The position numbers and the translations under genes are program-made. Shown here in pieces: positions 44,436-59,424 of a stretch of DNA of 64,000 nt. Below the pieces are notes generated by a model. The model ran no database searches, was not told the origin of the DNA, and saw only the letters and a list, made by a program, of their open reading frames with translations. Source of the stretch: Octopus vulgaris (Eukaryota); the NCBI GenBank assembly GCA_951406725.2, contig OX597835.1:7192001-7256000 (forward strand). Direction: 5' to 3'. Numbering within the stretch: position 1 is the stretch's first letter; every line of letters starts with the position of its first letter.

Positions 44436-44928
44436 GAGTGAGAGAGCAGCGCATGCCATCAAAGTGACACTGGGGTAAAATATACGAAGCCCAATATACC
44501 CATCATGACTACCTGTCTGATAAGGGTACACCAGGCACATGCATCACAACCATATGTGCGCGACATGGTGATCTCATATCAAGATAAACAGCACATGACC
44601 TTGCAGGTGGGGCCCAGTTAGAATTTTCTTCAGGTCGAGTAGCCCATCCCGCTCAAAAGGTCCCTGAATAAGGGTTGTTTAAGGATGTTGAACAAAACAC
44701 CCATGTTTCCAGAGGTGAATTATTCAAACCCCAAAGAATCCCTCTCAACACATAGCTATGATGCTCCCCCACTACTTCTGCTCGTGATCAGAGCTGCACA
44801 TATCGTCAGCCACTAAGGGACATGCTCAACTGGTTAAGGTCAAACAACTGACAAACAAATCTGTGGTATTGAGCAGAATATTTGCTGTAGCCCATCTTTC
44901 ATACCAAGACAAAACAATGTACATGATA

Positions 44929-45004
<76 letters not shown>

Positions 45005-45516
45005 CATTATTATTAATATTATTGAGTGAGAGAGCAGCGCATGCCATCAAAGTGACACTGGGGTAAAATATACGAAGCCCAGTATACCCATCATGACTAC
45101 CTGTCTGATAAGGGTACACCAGGCACATGCATCACAACCATATGTGCGCGACATGGTGATCTCATATCAAGATAAACAGCACATGACCTTGCAGGTGGGG
45201 CCCAGTTAAAATTTTCTTCAGGTCGAGTAGCCCATCCCGCTCAAAAGGTCCCTGAATAAGGGTTGTTTAAGGATGTTGAACAAAACACCCATGTTTCCAG
45301 AGGTGAATTATTCAAACCCCAAAGAATCCCTCTCAACACATAGCTATGATGCTCCCCCACTACTTCTGCTCGTGATCAGAGATGCACATATCGTCAGCCA
45401 CTAAGGGACATGCTCAACTGGTTAAGGTCAAACAACTGACAAACAAATCTGTGGTATTGAGCAGAATATTTGCTGTAGCCCATCTTTCATACCAAGACAA
45501 AACAATGTACATGATA
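44436..45516 (-). mobile_element. (TAA)n-embedded element, copies C (44436-44928) and D (45024-45516); local tandem duplicate
   Basis: Nearly identical, with the same truncation junction ACATGATATTGTTATT and shared private variants. Confidence 0.9.
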
Positions 45517-45604
<88 letters not shown>

Positions 45605-45776
45605 CATTATCATTACTATCGTTATTATTATTATTGTTGTTGGTGATGGTGTTGTCGGGGTAAGACGTGTTCGTCAGGTGGAAATTTGTTGTTCTTTTTT
45701 CAAGTTCATTGACTGTTTTTTTTCTGAGCCCCTTTTGGTGTGCAAAAGGGGTTCTTTCCTTTTGCGTACACACACA

Positions 45777-45853
<77 letters not shown>

Positions 45854-46748
45854 TTATGCCTCTATGTATGTGTACATATAGGAGTATGTATATGTATATA
45901 TATATATACATATGTATGTATATACATATATACATATCTGTATGTAAGCCTGCATATTTATATATATGTACACATACGTGTGTAAATATATATCTATAGA
46001 AACACACACGTGTGCGAGTGTATGTATGTGCATACATATATATAGGTACATATATATATACACACGTTTGCAGTGTTATACGCATGTGTGTACATACACC
46101 ACATAACACAGAGTAAATGACAATGAGAGAGAGGGAGAGAAAGAGGGGAGAGAGAGAGGGAGGGAGAGAGAGAAAGAAACAAAGGAACACATTTATTCCA
46201 ACGTTTCTGAACTAAATATTATTCCTTCTATCTTTTTCTGTTTCGTTTGAAGTATCATAATGGTAGTTATAGAAAAACTGAAATATTTGCTTGGGGATTA
46301 TGGCATTTGTCTTGGGGAAAGCGCTGCAAACAATTGGCAATTGCATAATAATAAATAAAGTTATATTTTTAAACTCCGATTGTGCTTATTCACGAAATTA
46401 TTTGATTTTGGTTTGTATTTATTGAGTATTTTTTTTTAATTACCAATTTATTGTTCGCCATCTTTTTCGTAAAGTTTGAAACAATATGTTGCCGACCGGA
46501 AGCGCTACATATATATATTTCTTTTTATGGATTTTTCTGCTCAGATCATTTAACTTTTATTGTGATTTTATACGACTATAACCAGTACGAATGTTTAATG
46601 AGGTAAAAGGAATTACAATTAAAGAGATTTATGCGTTCGTTAATGGTAAAGAATAGAAGAAAAAGACCCAATGAAGATATAGAAAAAAGTTCGTTTTCAT
46701 TAATTCTCTGAAAATTATTTTCCTTTGTGATATATGCATATGCATACC

Positions 46749-46781
<33 letters not shown>

Positions 46782-46817
46782 GTATTCATATATATATACA
46801 TATATATATATGTGTAT

Positions 46818-46864
<47 letters not shown>

Positions 46865-46879
46865 TACTTACATACACAT

Positions 46880-46944
<65 letters not shown>

Positions 46945-47420
46945 AAACGACATACTGCTAAAGATTTCGGAATTCTGTGTAGTAATTTAATTTACATGAA
47001 AATGCTATACTTTTTTGTCTTGAAATAAAATATTTCATTTCATTTCAACTTCATTTCTCCAATCCTTCTTTAGACCTTCAATTCAAATTCAATTCTTTCC
47101 CTACCCACGCCTTTCCTATTTTCGCAACATTTATTGAAAGACTTCTATTCTTCTAATATTTGTGGTATTATTATTTTTTTTTATCCATTTATATTAGAAG
47201 ACATATTACAAGATCTACTTTCGGGGTTTTTTTGTGTTTCCACTACAGGAAGTGAAGATTTGTTGTCAGCTTCGAATTCAGAAAGAGTCTCTGTTCCTGT
47301 TGGAGGCCATATTTTCAAGAAAACATGAAAGATAGAAATAATAAATAATATTTCATGTCATAATCATGAAACATGCCCAGAATGCAGAAATGTTGCATAT
47401 AGCAGAAAATAGGAAACAGA

Positions 47421-47461
<41 letters not shown>

Positions 47462-47483
47462 TAAGTATATATATATATATGTA

Positions 47484-47584
<101 letters not shown>

Positions 47585-47606
47585 GGTGTGTATGTATATA
47601 TATATA

Positions 47607-47667
<61 letters not shown>

Positions 47668-48098
47668 CTATATATGTGTGTGTGTGTATATAATTTAGTT
47701 ATGAGGGTTTTTTAAGAATCTAGCAATATCAACAAGCAGGATGACAGAAATAGTTAGGTACGATGACATAGAACCCACAGTGGAAGAAACAGCATTGATA
47801 AATTGAAGTGTTGGTAGGATAGAGTAGATATGCAAGCATTAAATTCAATTAATAACCATAGATTCAACTCACCAATTCACGACAGCTGTTTCGGTAGCAC
47901 TTTATGGTAATTAACTACTAGACTTTTTTCTATCAACCTGAATGCGTCACCGAACCTGCTGCTTGGATTTACTTTGAATTATGCGTGCGAAGGTACACCA
48001 CCACGGAAATATGGACAAACCACCAAAACATCCGGAACAAGATGAATCATGAACTTTATACTTCTATCTGCTTAAAATTTTCCTGCAGATAAACCTTC

Positions 48099-48184
48099 TC
48101 TCTGATGATGGAATATCTTGTGTATGGGAGGGTTGATCAACGCATTGATCCGTTTCTTGGGATATCCCAGAAACAGCTGTAAGA
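48099..48184 (+). ncRNA. Hammerhead ribozyme-like motif with canonical core and extended stem II
   Basis: TCT-CTGATGA-TGGAATATC..GATATCCCA-GAAA-CAGCTG-TA-AGA; internal hairpin GATCAA/TTGATC. Confidence 0.72.
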
Positions 48185-48380
48185 CGTTATTTACTTTTAC
48201 TTTTCCTTTCTTCGATTCTCATTTACCTTAATCAAAACATTAATTAAAATATTTTGAATGATCTAAAGAAGCTTGTCCTTCGAAGTCACTGTCAAAATTT
48301 TCTTGTAACACGAAATGACGTTCAGCTTGATGCTGAAATATTGCTTTTATATATAACATCACATAAACAAACATCAATAG

Positions 48381-48482
<102 letters not shown>

Positions 48483-48627
48483 GTATCTATGAAAACACAA
48501 AGAGAAAACACAACAATTATATGTAACAATTATAATATTATTGGACGCTGAGGAAGGAAGGGAAGAAGCAGAAAATAGGAAACGGAATATGTATATATAT
48601 ATATATATATATATAAATGTACATAAG

Positions 48628-48689
<62 letters not shown>

Positions 48690-49080
48690 CGTGTCGAGCG
48701 GAGCTCTTCGTCAGAAACATAGGAAAAGAAAAGATCCAAAGAAGGGAAGACGGAGGAAAAAAATCGCCAACGGTACACACGCGGTCACATTTTGAATGAT
48801 ACATGTGTGTGTGTTTGTAGATGTGTACCCCAGTATGGCCGCAATCTGATGATTAAAATAAGTAAACGGTAAAAGATATATATATATGAATAAGCATCAA
48901 GTGTCTTGGAGTATTTTTAAAACATGCGTGACAAGCATCGCAACAATTATATCCAGACGCTCCGATAAATGTTCCCTGGAAAAGAATTCCGGAAAATCAG
49001 CAGCAGAACTCCGCCAGCGAAAGTATCGGATATCGGAAAAAAGTAATCTGTTTTGGATAAAACGACAATTTGTTAAACCG

Positions 49081-49152
<72 letters not shown>

Positions 49153-49309
49153 GTATATATATATATATATATATATACATATATACATATATATATATGT
49201 ATGTATATGTATATATATACATATATGTATGTATGTATGTATATATATACATATATATACATGTATATATATACATATATATATGTATACATATAACAAT
49301 AACAAGAAC

Positions 49310-49377
<68 letters not shown>

Positions 49378-49400
49378 TAATAATAATAATAGTAATAATG

Positions 49401-49435
<35 letters not shown>

Positions 49436-49854
49436 TACATAAACGCCGGCTAATTTGTTTCAGAATATCATTTTCTTGGTGATGTCAAGTATACTCCTAT
49501 CACAATGATGGCGCTCATGAGATGAAATGAAGAATTAAGGATAGATTTCCGACCAAAGACCGGAAGATCGGAAGATTTGAAGGTAGGGGTGGCGGAATGG
49601 CATAAAGTGGCGGTGGTGTTACAGCTTCACCATTGATGAATAAATCATTGAATGGGGACATAACACAGCTAACTTCGTCGAACGAAAAAATCGATAAAAT
49701 GAATGCCAGAGACTGTAATTAATTAGAGAGGGATAATTGACAAATAAAAATAAAAAATAAAATTAAAAAAAAGTTAAAGTGTTACCACAATATAGTGCAA
49801 TATATTCACAGAAAATAATAGTATTATTATTTTATTATTATTATTATTATTATT

Positions 49855-49921
<67 letters not shown>

Positions 49922-50292
49922 CCGTTTGTCAAGCTGCGGTGGTTGGGAGGCAAACACACACACACACATACATACACACACACACTCATATATATGTAGT
50001 TCTGTCAACCATCGCAATGTTTATGTCTATTCGGAACTATAAAAGAGGACACCTGCTCAAAGTTTCGCGTTGTGGGACTGAACTCAAGAGCACATGTTTG
50101 TGATGCAAACTACTGACCCACACAATCACGATATATATATATATATATATATATAGGAGATGTACTCGCATAGCAAGTAATTTGATCTGAGATCGTGTGC
50201 TGAAACGAAAACAATTGCAGCGTGGAATGTGTTTGTAAGCCATTTAAGAAACACACAAAAGCCGTTCGATTCACTTCAACATTTAAGGTTAA

Positions 50293-50342
50293 TTTGTCAA
50301 AATATTTTCGTCGCTAAAATCCGCGACCTGTTCACTGACAAA
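50293..50342 (-). ncRNA. Hammerhead-like motif, G3-C8 variant
   Basis: TTTGTCA-GTGAACA-G-GTCGC-GGATTTTA-GCGAC-GAAA-ATAT-TT-TGACAAA; 7-bp stem I, 5-bp stem II. Confidence 0.6.
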
Positions 50343-51132
50343 AATCCGTGCTGCATCTGAGAAAGTAACAGTTAGTTCGTCATATATATGTACGTATGTA
50401 TGTGTGTATGTATGCATACATGTGTGTATGTATGTTTGTATGCATGTACGTACATACGCCTGTGTATGCATGTATGTATGTATGTATGTATGTATGTATG
50501 TATTTACGTGTGTATATATGCACGCACATACACACTATAAACATAAAGCTATAAACCTGTTGTGATGGATAGATGTAGAGTGACCACTCATCACAATAAT
50601 ATCAAATTTCAACTTCCCCCGCTGAAGCCTGGAAGTGATTTACGACCCTTACTCCCAAACATATATGTATATACGTATGTATGTATGTATAGATAGATAG
50701 ATAGATAGACACGTGTTTTTTCACTAACATACAGCAAAAACTGTGGCCTTATATTGGATTATAACAATGGAATAAGCGGATGTGCTTCAAAATGAAACAG
50801 CCAGTATAATAGTGTTATAACGTTGAACTTCGTCCCCTTGTATGTCATTCGCGCAATATTCTTGTCGTCACCATTATGTGGAGGCGGTATTCGGCGTCTT
50901 ATTGTCTTTCACTCGTCCATCATGCTATCGCTGATATCTCCGCAAGACTATGACTTCGAAACGTCTGCTTGACGCTAATTCGAACTCGTATATATCACGT
51001 AACGGATACCAACTTCAACTGAGAATTCGTGCAACGACTCTGCGACTTCTCTACTTGCTACAACGGCAGACTGACTGATTTTATAGTGACTTTGTCTTGC
51101 GGGAAGGAGTGTACCATTTTCACTACGAAAAG

Positions 51133-51163
<31 letters not shown>

Positions 51164-51410
51164 TATTTACATACGTGTGTGTTAATGCGTGCTGCTTTTA
51201 GTATGAGAGTATTGCTTAGAGTGACTAAACATCTCTTATCTCTCGTTAAATGGATACCTTATTAAGGAGATAGGAATGCGGATACAGCGGTTTGCTATAA
51301 GCATCAGACATATTAAATGATGCCCTACATTGAGATAAACTCTGCGTTCATGTAGCTGAGCAGAAACCCATACCTTACTTTGTATGTACATCATTTACAT
51401 TTTTATCGAT

Positions 51411-51620
51411 GGCGTGTGACTTAATGGTTATTGCATTCGGCTTACGACTGTAAGGTCGTGTGTTCGAATCCCGGCAGGGCGTCGTCTCCTTAAGCAATAC
51501 ATTTATACATTTTATTTCACGCGGCTCCAGTTCACTCAGCTCTTACAAGTCACTCGTACGTGTAGTTCAAAGGGCCAGCTTTGTGATATTCTGTGACACA
51601 CAGAATCACCCTGAGAACTA
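51411..51620 (+). mobile_element. tRNA-derived SINE head and degenerate body
   Basis: TGACTTAATGGTTA A-box, GTTCGAATCCC B-box, followed by non-tRNA sequence. Confidence 0.55.
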
Positions 51621-51689
51621 CATATTCCCCTTAACATATTATTCCGTATAAGGCGGAAACTGAGCCTGGTACTTTTTTTTTTTTATAAA

Positions 51690-51907
51690 AAAGTCTGGTA
51701 CTTAATCCAAGAGTTCATTTGCCGAAGCGCTAAATCGCGGGACGTAAACACACGAACACCGGTTGTCAAGCGGTGGTCTCACACAGACACACAAATACAT
51801 GACAAGCTCCTTTTAATTTCCTTCTATTATGGTGCCCCCGAATGGGACTGACCTGGAACCATGTGTTTGGAAAACAAGCTTTTTACCACACAGCCACTCC
51901 TGTACCT
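51690..51907 (-). mobile_element. SINE family B, internally deleted
   Basis: GACGTAAACAC..CGGTTGTCAAGC and TTACCACACAGCCACTCCTG are shared with 27140-27415. Confidence 0.75.
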
Positions 51908-51920
51908 ATGCGTATGTGGA

Positions 51921-51974
<54 letters not shown>

Positions 51975-52159
51975 GAAGTTTATGTGTGCGTATGAGTGTG
52001 TACGAATCTATAGTTTCGTTTACCAGGGGACTGCGTTCGATTTGTTTTCTATGTAACGATGGAGTTTTGTAAACAAGTATTCGCACGCATTTATTGATAA
52101 CGTTATCCGCTTCGAGCCCCGCCATTCCAAAAATGAATATATGTGCGTTACCACAGTCG

Positions 52160-52186
52160 CCACCACCACTACACTATCATCATCAA

Positions 52187-52240
<54 letters not shown>

Positions 52241-52660
52241 CATCACTAAAATAAGGATTACTACCACGATCAACATCACAACTATCACCACCACCACCAT
52301 CATTGCAAACACAACGACCACCGCTGCCACCATCGCCACAACCAAATATGTCAACGCTTCCTACATTCTATCAACATCCACCACCACCACCACCATCACA
52401 ACCAGCATCACCATCACAATATTATCACAACCACCACCACCACCACCACCACAACCACCACCACCGCCACCATCACATCATCGTTGCAGCTACTACCATG
52501 AGCATCACCGCCGCCACCACCGCCACCACCGCCGCCACCACTGCCTCCACCACAACCAAAATCTATCCACACTTCTCTACGCACTTTCCATCCACCACCA
52601 CTACACCATCTACAACAACAACAACACCACCAACAACAACAACGACAACATCATCCTCAT
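52160..52660. repeat. Compound (CAT/CAC/CAA)n tract
   Basis: Directly visible. Confidence 0.9.
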
Positions 52661-52869
52661 CACTAATTCTACCATAATGCTAGTTCCTATTATTTCAACA
52701 CAGTCGATCGATTTGTTAGCGGTAAGCGATTAAAGAGGCGGTCTTTCCAGTAAGCCTTCATTTCTCATTGTTCACACTTCGTTGGTAGCTTTTCCTGCAC
52801 GTTCCGTTTCTGCTTCATTTCACAACTTGCTAATTAATTCTGGTAAAATGTTGGGCTGTATTATTATAC

Positions 52870-53850
52870 TGTATTCTATTAAAGATATTGATATCTGCCA
52901 GTGGAATAAGGTTATGCACTTGTAGTAGACGGTCAGAGTTCGAGTCGGGGTGGAAAGCCGGCGCAAGATTGATAAATTATGACGTCAAACTAACAATTAA
53001 AGATATGACGAAGTCAAAAAAGGTATATTTGACATCGATTGCAGAAAACTGAAAGCCTTATTTCTGCTGGGCCGGACATGTGGCAAGGCTCGCAAATAAC
53101 AGGTGGACCCAGGTAGTTCCCAATGTCATCCAAGAGATTGGAAAGGCCATTTACGAGTCGGGGGAAAAAGCCGGCATATTTGACATCGATTGCAGAAAAC
53201 TGAAAGCCTTATTTCTGCTGGGCCGGACATGTGGCAAGGCTCGCACATAAAAGGTGGATCCAGGTAGTTCCTAATGTCATCTAATGTATTCTATTAAAGA
53301 TATTGATATCTGTCAGTGGAATAAGGTTATGCACTTGTTGTAGACGGTCAGAGTTCGAGTCGGGGGTAAAAGCCGGCGCAAGATTGATAAATTATGATGT
53401 CAAACTAACAATTAAAGATATGACGAAGTAAAAAAAAGGTATATTCGACATCGATTGCAGAAAACTGAAAGCCTTATTTCTGCTGGGCCGGACATGTGGC
53501 AAGGCTCGCAAATAACAGGTGGATCCAGGTAGTTCCTAATGTCATCTAATGTATTCTATTAAAGATATTGATATCTGTCAGTGGAATAAGGTTATGCACT
53601 TGTTGTAGACGGTCAGAGTTCGAGTCGGGGGAAAAAGCCGGCGCAAGATTGATAAATTATGATGTCAAACTAACAATTAAAGATATGACGAAGTAAAAAA
53701 AGGTATATTCGACATCGATTGCAGAAAACTGAAAGCCTTATTTCTGCTGGGCCGGACATGTGGCAAGGCTCGCAAATAATCTCATCCAAGAGATTGGAAA
53801 GGCCATTTAGAAGGCATATACAAGAGGATGCGAAAATGATTTAGATTTCG
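52870..53850 (+). repeat. Tandem array (~265-bp unit) containing an RTE LINE C-terminal fragment
   Basis: Units start at about 52870, 53285 and 53550 plus a partial unit; WAGHVARLA occurs at 53068, 53219, 53484 and 53748, followed by NNRW-like and HPRDWK peptides. Confidence 0.85.
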
Positions 53851-54009
53851 GTCAAGGTGGAAAAGAAAGGCGAAATCAAGACAGAATCGGAAGCGCATTG
53901 TGACTGGTACGTGGCTTAGTAGATAGGGGCATGCGGTTCACTATCGTAAGGTTGTGGTTTCAATTCCCGGCGGCGCTAAAACCATACATATTGCCATACA
54001 CAAGGATGT

Positions 54010-54758
54010 CAACCCCAGTACTCAATGGTACTTATTTAATCGACCCCGAAAGGATGAAAGGCAAAGTCGACCTCGGCGGAATTTGAATTCAGAACGTAGC
54101 AGCAGACGAAATACGGCTTAACGCATTTCGCCCGGCGTGCTAAAGATTCTGCCAAGTCGCCAACTTAATGATAATAATAACCTTTTCAGTTGGAAGAATA
54201 AGGCCACGAATTTGGGGGAAGATATTAAGTCTATTACATTTACTTCAGTGCGTAACTGGTACTTATTTAATTGACCCCGAAAGGACGAAAGGCAAAGTCG
54301 ACCTCGGCGGAATTTGAACTCAGAACGTAGTGGTAGACGAAATACCTATTTCTTTACTACCCACAAGGGGCTAAACACAGAGAGGACAAACAAGGACAGA
54401 CATAGGTATTAAGTCGATTATATCGACCCCAGTGCGTAACTGGAACTTATTTAATCGACCCCGAAAGGATGAAAGGCAAAGTCGACCTCGGCGTAAATTG
54501 AACTCAGAACGTAGCGGCAGACGAAATACCTATTTCTTAACTACCCACAAGGGGCTAAACACAGAGAGGACAAACAAGGACAGACAAACGGATGAAGTCG
54601 ATTATATCGACCGCAGTGCGTAACTGGTACTTATTTAATCGACCCCGAAAGGATGAAAGGCAAAGTCGACCTCGGCGGAATTTGAACTCAGAACGTAGCG
54701 GCAGACGAAATACGGCTACGCATTTCGCCCGGCGTGCTAAAGATTCTGCCAAGTCGCC
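54010..54758 (-). mobile_element. SINE family A cluster: tandem trimer (about 54245-54758) plus a separate copy (54010-54163)
   Basis: GACGAAATACCTATTTCTT junctions at about 54337 and 54520. Confidence 0.88.
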
Positions 54759-54851
54759 GTTTTAAAAATAAGAACAGTTTCACGGTTTTTGGCAGAAGGC
54801 TAGCAATTTGTTACCAAATACGTGGTACGAAGAGTTAAAGTGATCCAAATC

Positions 54852-54940
54852 AAAACATTTAAACAAAATTACATGTTAAATAAAACATTTAAACAAAATT
54901 ACATGTTAATTAAAACATTTAAACAAAATTACATGTTAAT
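54852..54940. repeat. 30-bp tandem repeat, 3 copies
   Basis: AAAACATTTAAACAAAATTACATGTTAA repeated three times. Confidence 0.95.
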
Positions 54941-56285
54941 TTATGCTTCAGGGACCGGACAAAGCGATTCGAATAAATTCTTTTTTGCAAAATTAATTGC
55001 AACTAAATGGTATCTGAACAGAAATACAGTAATCTTATAGTCGTGTTAACTTATCTGCCAATCGTCAGCTTAGCAACCATAGCAAAGTTTATTTCATTAT
55101 GTATTTAATTATTTTCAAATTAAATCGAAATAAAAGCCAGAGTATTTCGACTGAAATATGATCAAAACCTCATTTTAATTTATGTTACAAACACAAGATT
55201 AATATTGATGAAGTAATTTCACTAAATATTCTTCATTATCTTTCTAAATTCTTCAATATTTTACGAAAATTTTCATTATTTTCAAAATTAATGAAAAGTC
55301 AGTGTATTTCTGTAGCGAAACAAAATGGTGCACACTTTGGTTCTTATGCATCAGCGCTATTAACGATTTCACTTCATAGATTTGTTTCTTTATATTGTTT
55401 AATATTTTGATGTATCTAAGCTCATTTCGCAGTTCCACTGGGTTATATTCCATCCACCATTCCAGTATTTTTTTCTTTCTCCACTAAACAATCTACATTC
55501 TGCTTCCTCTTTAATACGACACTTCTCTTTCTCGTTCTTTCTCTCTCCCTGCTTAACTATCTTTTTCTCTACATCCCCTCTCTCTCCCTTTCTAACTTGT
55601 CTTTATTTTATCTCAACTCCATTAATATAATGCAATGCAATTTATAGAGAGGCTTCTCACTAAAAGGGTATTCATAACCGAAAAAAATATTATCTTGGTT
55701 AAGCACAAACTGAAAGCGTTAAAGCGGCGAGCTTGGCAGAAACGCTAGCATGCCAGCTAAAATACTGAATTCAAATTCGACAGAGATCGACTTTGCTTTT
55801 CATCCTTTTGGGGTCGATAAAATAAGTAGCAGGGGTGGTCGATGTAATCAGCAAGCCTTAACATTTCAGGCTTTGTGCTGATAGTAGAAAAAGATTATTT
55901 AAAAATCTCAAAGATATTCCAACATCAATTCTACCATTTTGCAATTATATAAGTATTAATCAAATAAACCCGAGATTCATTTAGAATTTTCTCCACAAAT
56001 TAATTTATTAAGATGATATAAAATGATATCAGCTGCAGCTGGATATAATATGGTTTTGTCATCTGAATATCATTCATGTTATTTCATTAGAATAGAATAA
56101 TTATTTGGTCACAAAAGAAATTTCAGTTTCCCGACTGATAACCCCCACTGATGCAAAATAAACACTCTGCAGGCTCTTTAGAATTGGAACGAGAAGCACA
56201 AAACAACAAACAAACAAGAAAATGGTGAAATGATATATTTATTCAAAAAGAAATACTATTTTAAAATCCCACCATTTTCTAAGCT

Positions 56286-56322
<37 letters not shown>

Positions 56323-56379
56323 ACTACACACACACACACACACACACACACACCATGTTGATTCGTTAGTTACTGCACG

Positions 56380-56868
<489 letters not shown>

Positions 56869-57542
56869 CTCTGACCACTAGTGTGATAAAAAAACTGAAA
56901 CAAGTAAACTGAAACAAGTAAAAGAGTAAAAGAGCTTCTGGTGTAAGTAGATACAACATTTATACGGGATGATCTGATTTGATGCGGCAGTTTTGACGCA
57001 GACGATTTGGCGTGACTGAGAGGGCATTCAAGTTGTTTTGGTGACAGTACGTTTTGGCACTGAATGTAAACACACTCACGCTCTCACGCACTCTATCTTT
57101 CTCCCCCCTCAGTGCACGCGCAGAAATATAGATATACTGGTTCAGAGAGTGAGTCGGACATCACGTTTGCATATAGATATAATTCTATGCTCAAACACAT
57201 AAGTACAGGCAGTGAGGAAGGAAAAGAAGAAAAAAACCTCATTAAATCGAGAGAAACATTAAAACGTTGAATGTCAAAGAACTCGGCGTCGAATCAGTAA
57301 CGCCAAATACAGGAGGGGGGACGATTCTATCGAAATCTCCATATTCTTTACTCTAGATGACATCCGTCATCGTTTCATCATGCTTGCTCGGACACTTTTA
57401 AGCCGCACACGCCATCCATTTTGGTTCTGTATTCATTAGTTGAAGGAGGTATCCGGTGTCTCTAGTGGATTGGTCTACATACGTGGTATCCGGACGACCT
57501 GCTCGAGCACGGCCATGCTTTGGTATCCTTAGTAATAGTAAA

Positions 57543-57966
57543 AGGCGGCGAGCTGGCAGAACCGTTAGCACGCCGGACGAAATGCTTAGCGGTATTTCGT
57601 CTGCCGTTACGTTGTGAGTTCAAATTCTGCCGAAGTCGACTTTGCCTTTCATCCTTCCGGGGTCGATAAATTAAGTACCAGTTACACACTGAAGATCGAT
57701 GTAATCGACTTAATCTGTGTGTCTCTCCTTGTTTGTCCCCTCTGTGTTTAGCCCCTTGTGGGTAATAAAGAAATAGAAATAGGTATTTCGTCTGCCGTTA
57801 CGTTCTGAGTTCAAATTTTGCCGAGGTCGACTTTGCCTTTCATTCTTCCGGGGTCGATAAATTAAGTACCAGTTACGCACTGGGGATCGATGTAATCGAC
57901 TTAATTTGTGTGTCTGTCCTTGTTTGTCCTCTCTGTGTTTAGCCCCTTGTGGCTAGTAAAGAAATA
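57543..57966 (+). mobile_element. SINE family A dimer with 17-bp TSD
   Basis: GGTATCCTTAGTAATAG at 57522-57538 and 57967-57983. Confidence 0.92.
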
Positions 57967-58723
57967 GGTATCCTTAGTAATAGATCACTTGCCAGCGCGT
58001 GTTTAGCTCGCTAGCAATGTCCAGCAAAGTGCTAGCATCTCTTCTTCATAACGGTGGAAATTGGCTGGAGATCTACATTCCATACAACTGTTTATTAGGT
58101 GGGTTTAGTTCTCCCAAATATGTTTACACCGGAAGATAAATGCCACAACTATATCTGGAGCATGATATAAAAAACAAGGAAAATACGGGAACATGCTTTA
58201 CATTTACATAAACGTGGAAGAGTTATAGGTATACCGGTAAATAGCTGTGTGAGATGCGAGATTACAAAACTAACGCCCGTTCTGAGAAGGGAAAACTGTT
58301 TCTTGGCATCTTCGTACCAAAAGGGCAAGATCACAATGAAGTCCAGTGCGAGGTATGGTGTAAGATTCAAAGGGTCAAAATTGAAAATTTACCAAAGTTC
58401 GCATCTAGTCCTTGCAAGATACAAGCTGATAGTTACCATGTTGTTTGTATCTGATTGTCTCTTCGCTGTAATGGAATTATCTGGGGAAATGGAGAAAAAA
58501 TCATACTGCTCGTATTTTTGGCTGCGAATGATATGGTGTCCGGTGAAAGGATTTTGAAGAATTAATAAAGACATGAACAATACCGGAAATACTAGTGTCC
58601 TCTCCTCAATCAACATCTCTCTCTCCCACACACTTTCATCCCCTCAGTCTCACCCTCTCCCTGTGTGTATATATATATATATATATGTATATTTATAATA
58701 GGATTAGCTCGTATACGAGTAGG

Positions 58724-59424
58724 TATATATTTGTAAAAAATGAAGTTCGAAAATGCTGCTGTATTATACAATTTTTAATTTTTATATATACATTATAACA
58801 TGTTTCAGTTCCTGAAATGAACCTTATCAAAAAAAGTTATATATAAAAAAAGACAGCTCATGCCGTCAAACACAAGAAATTCATTTATAATACACAACGG
58901 AGTCAGACATCTTAGAGTTCATGTATAGTTGATATATAGTTCATGTATAGTTGATATATAGTTTGAAGTATATGTTCAAAGTGTTCGATGCAGTGGCCCA
59001 CGGTGGCGATACGTATTCAATACGAAAAACAGATCAAAGTGGTGGAAAGCGGTCAATACAGAAGATTGATGTTTCCGAAAGAGCGAGGAATTCATTTTTA
59101 CCTTAAGCAATTGTGATGACCCATGGTGGAAGTTCGCTGGGCAGCGAACTTCCACTGCATCGAACACTTTGAATATATACTTCAAACTATATATCAACTA
59201 TACATGAACTATATATCAACTATACATGAACTCTAAGATGTCTGACTCCGTTGTGTATTATAAATGAATTTCATGTGTTTGACGGCATGAGCTGTCTTTT
59301 TTTATATATAAATTTTTTTGATAAGGTTCATTTCAGGAACTGAAACATGTTATAATGTATATATAAAAATTAAAAATTGTATAATACAGCAGCATTTTCG
59401 AACTTCATTTTTTACAAATATATA
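58724..59424. mobile_element. Fold-back element: ~273-bp inverted arms (58724-58996 and 59152-59424) carrying a hammerhead-like motif
   Basis: Arms differ at only a few positions; TTGATAA-GGTTC..GAACT-GAAA-CATG-TT at 59318-59351 with weak stem I. Confidence 0.75.

Noticed and set aside
44762-44792. Minus-strand TGATCACGA and GTAGTGGGGGA recall U1 snRNA segments
   Set aside because: Short matches with the wrong spacing; no 5' ATACTTACCTG and no Sm site
51411-51475. tRNA gene candidates (also 53908-53975 and SINE heads)
   Set aside because: A/B boxes are present but I could not form a full cloverleaf with an acceptor stem; best explained as SINE heads
58149-58557. Overlapping ORFs in unique sequence
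   Set aside because: No recognisable motif or splice structure; possibly a decayed transposon
59112-59155. ATGA-containing hairpin as a SECIS element
   Set aside because: The helix geometry does not place a GA quartet opposite ATGA, and there is no selenoprotein ORF nearby
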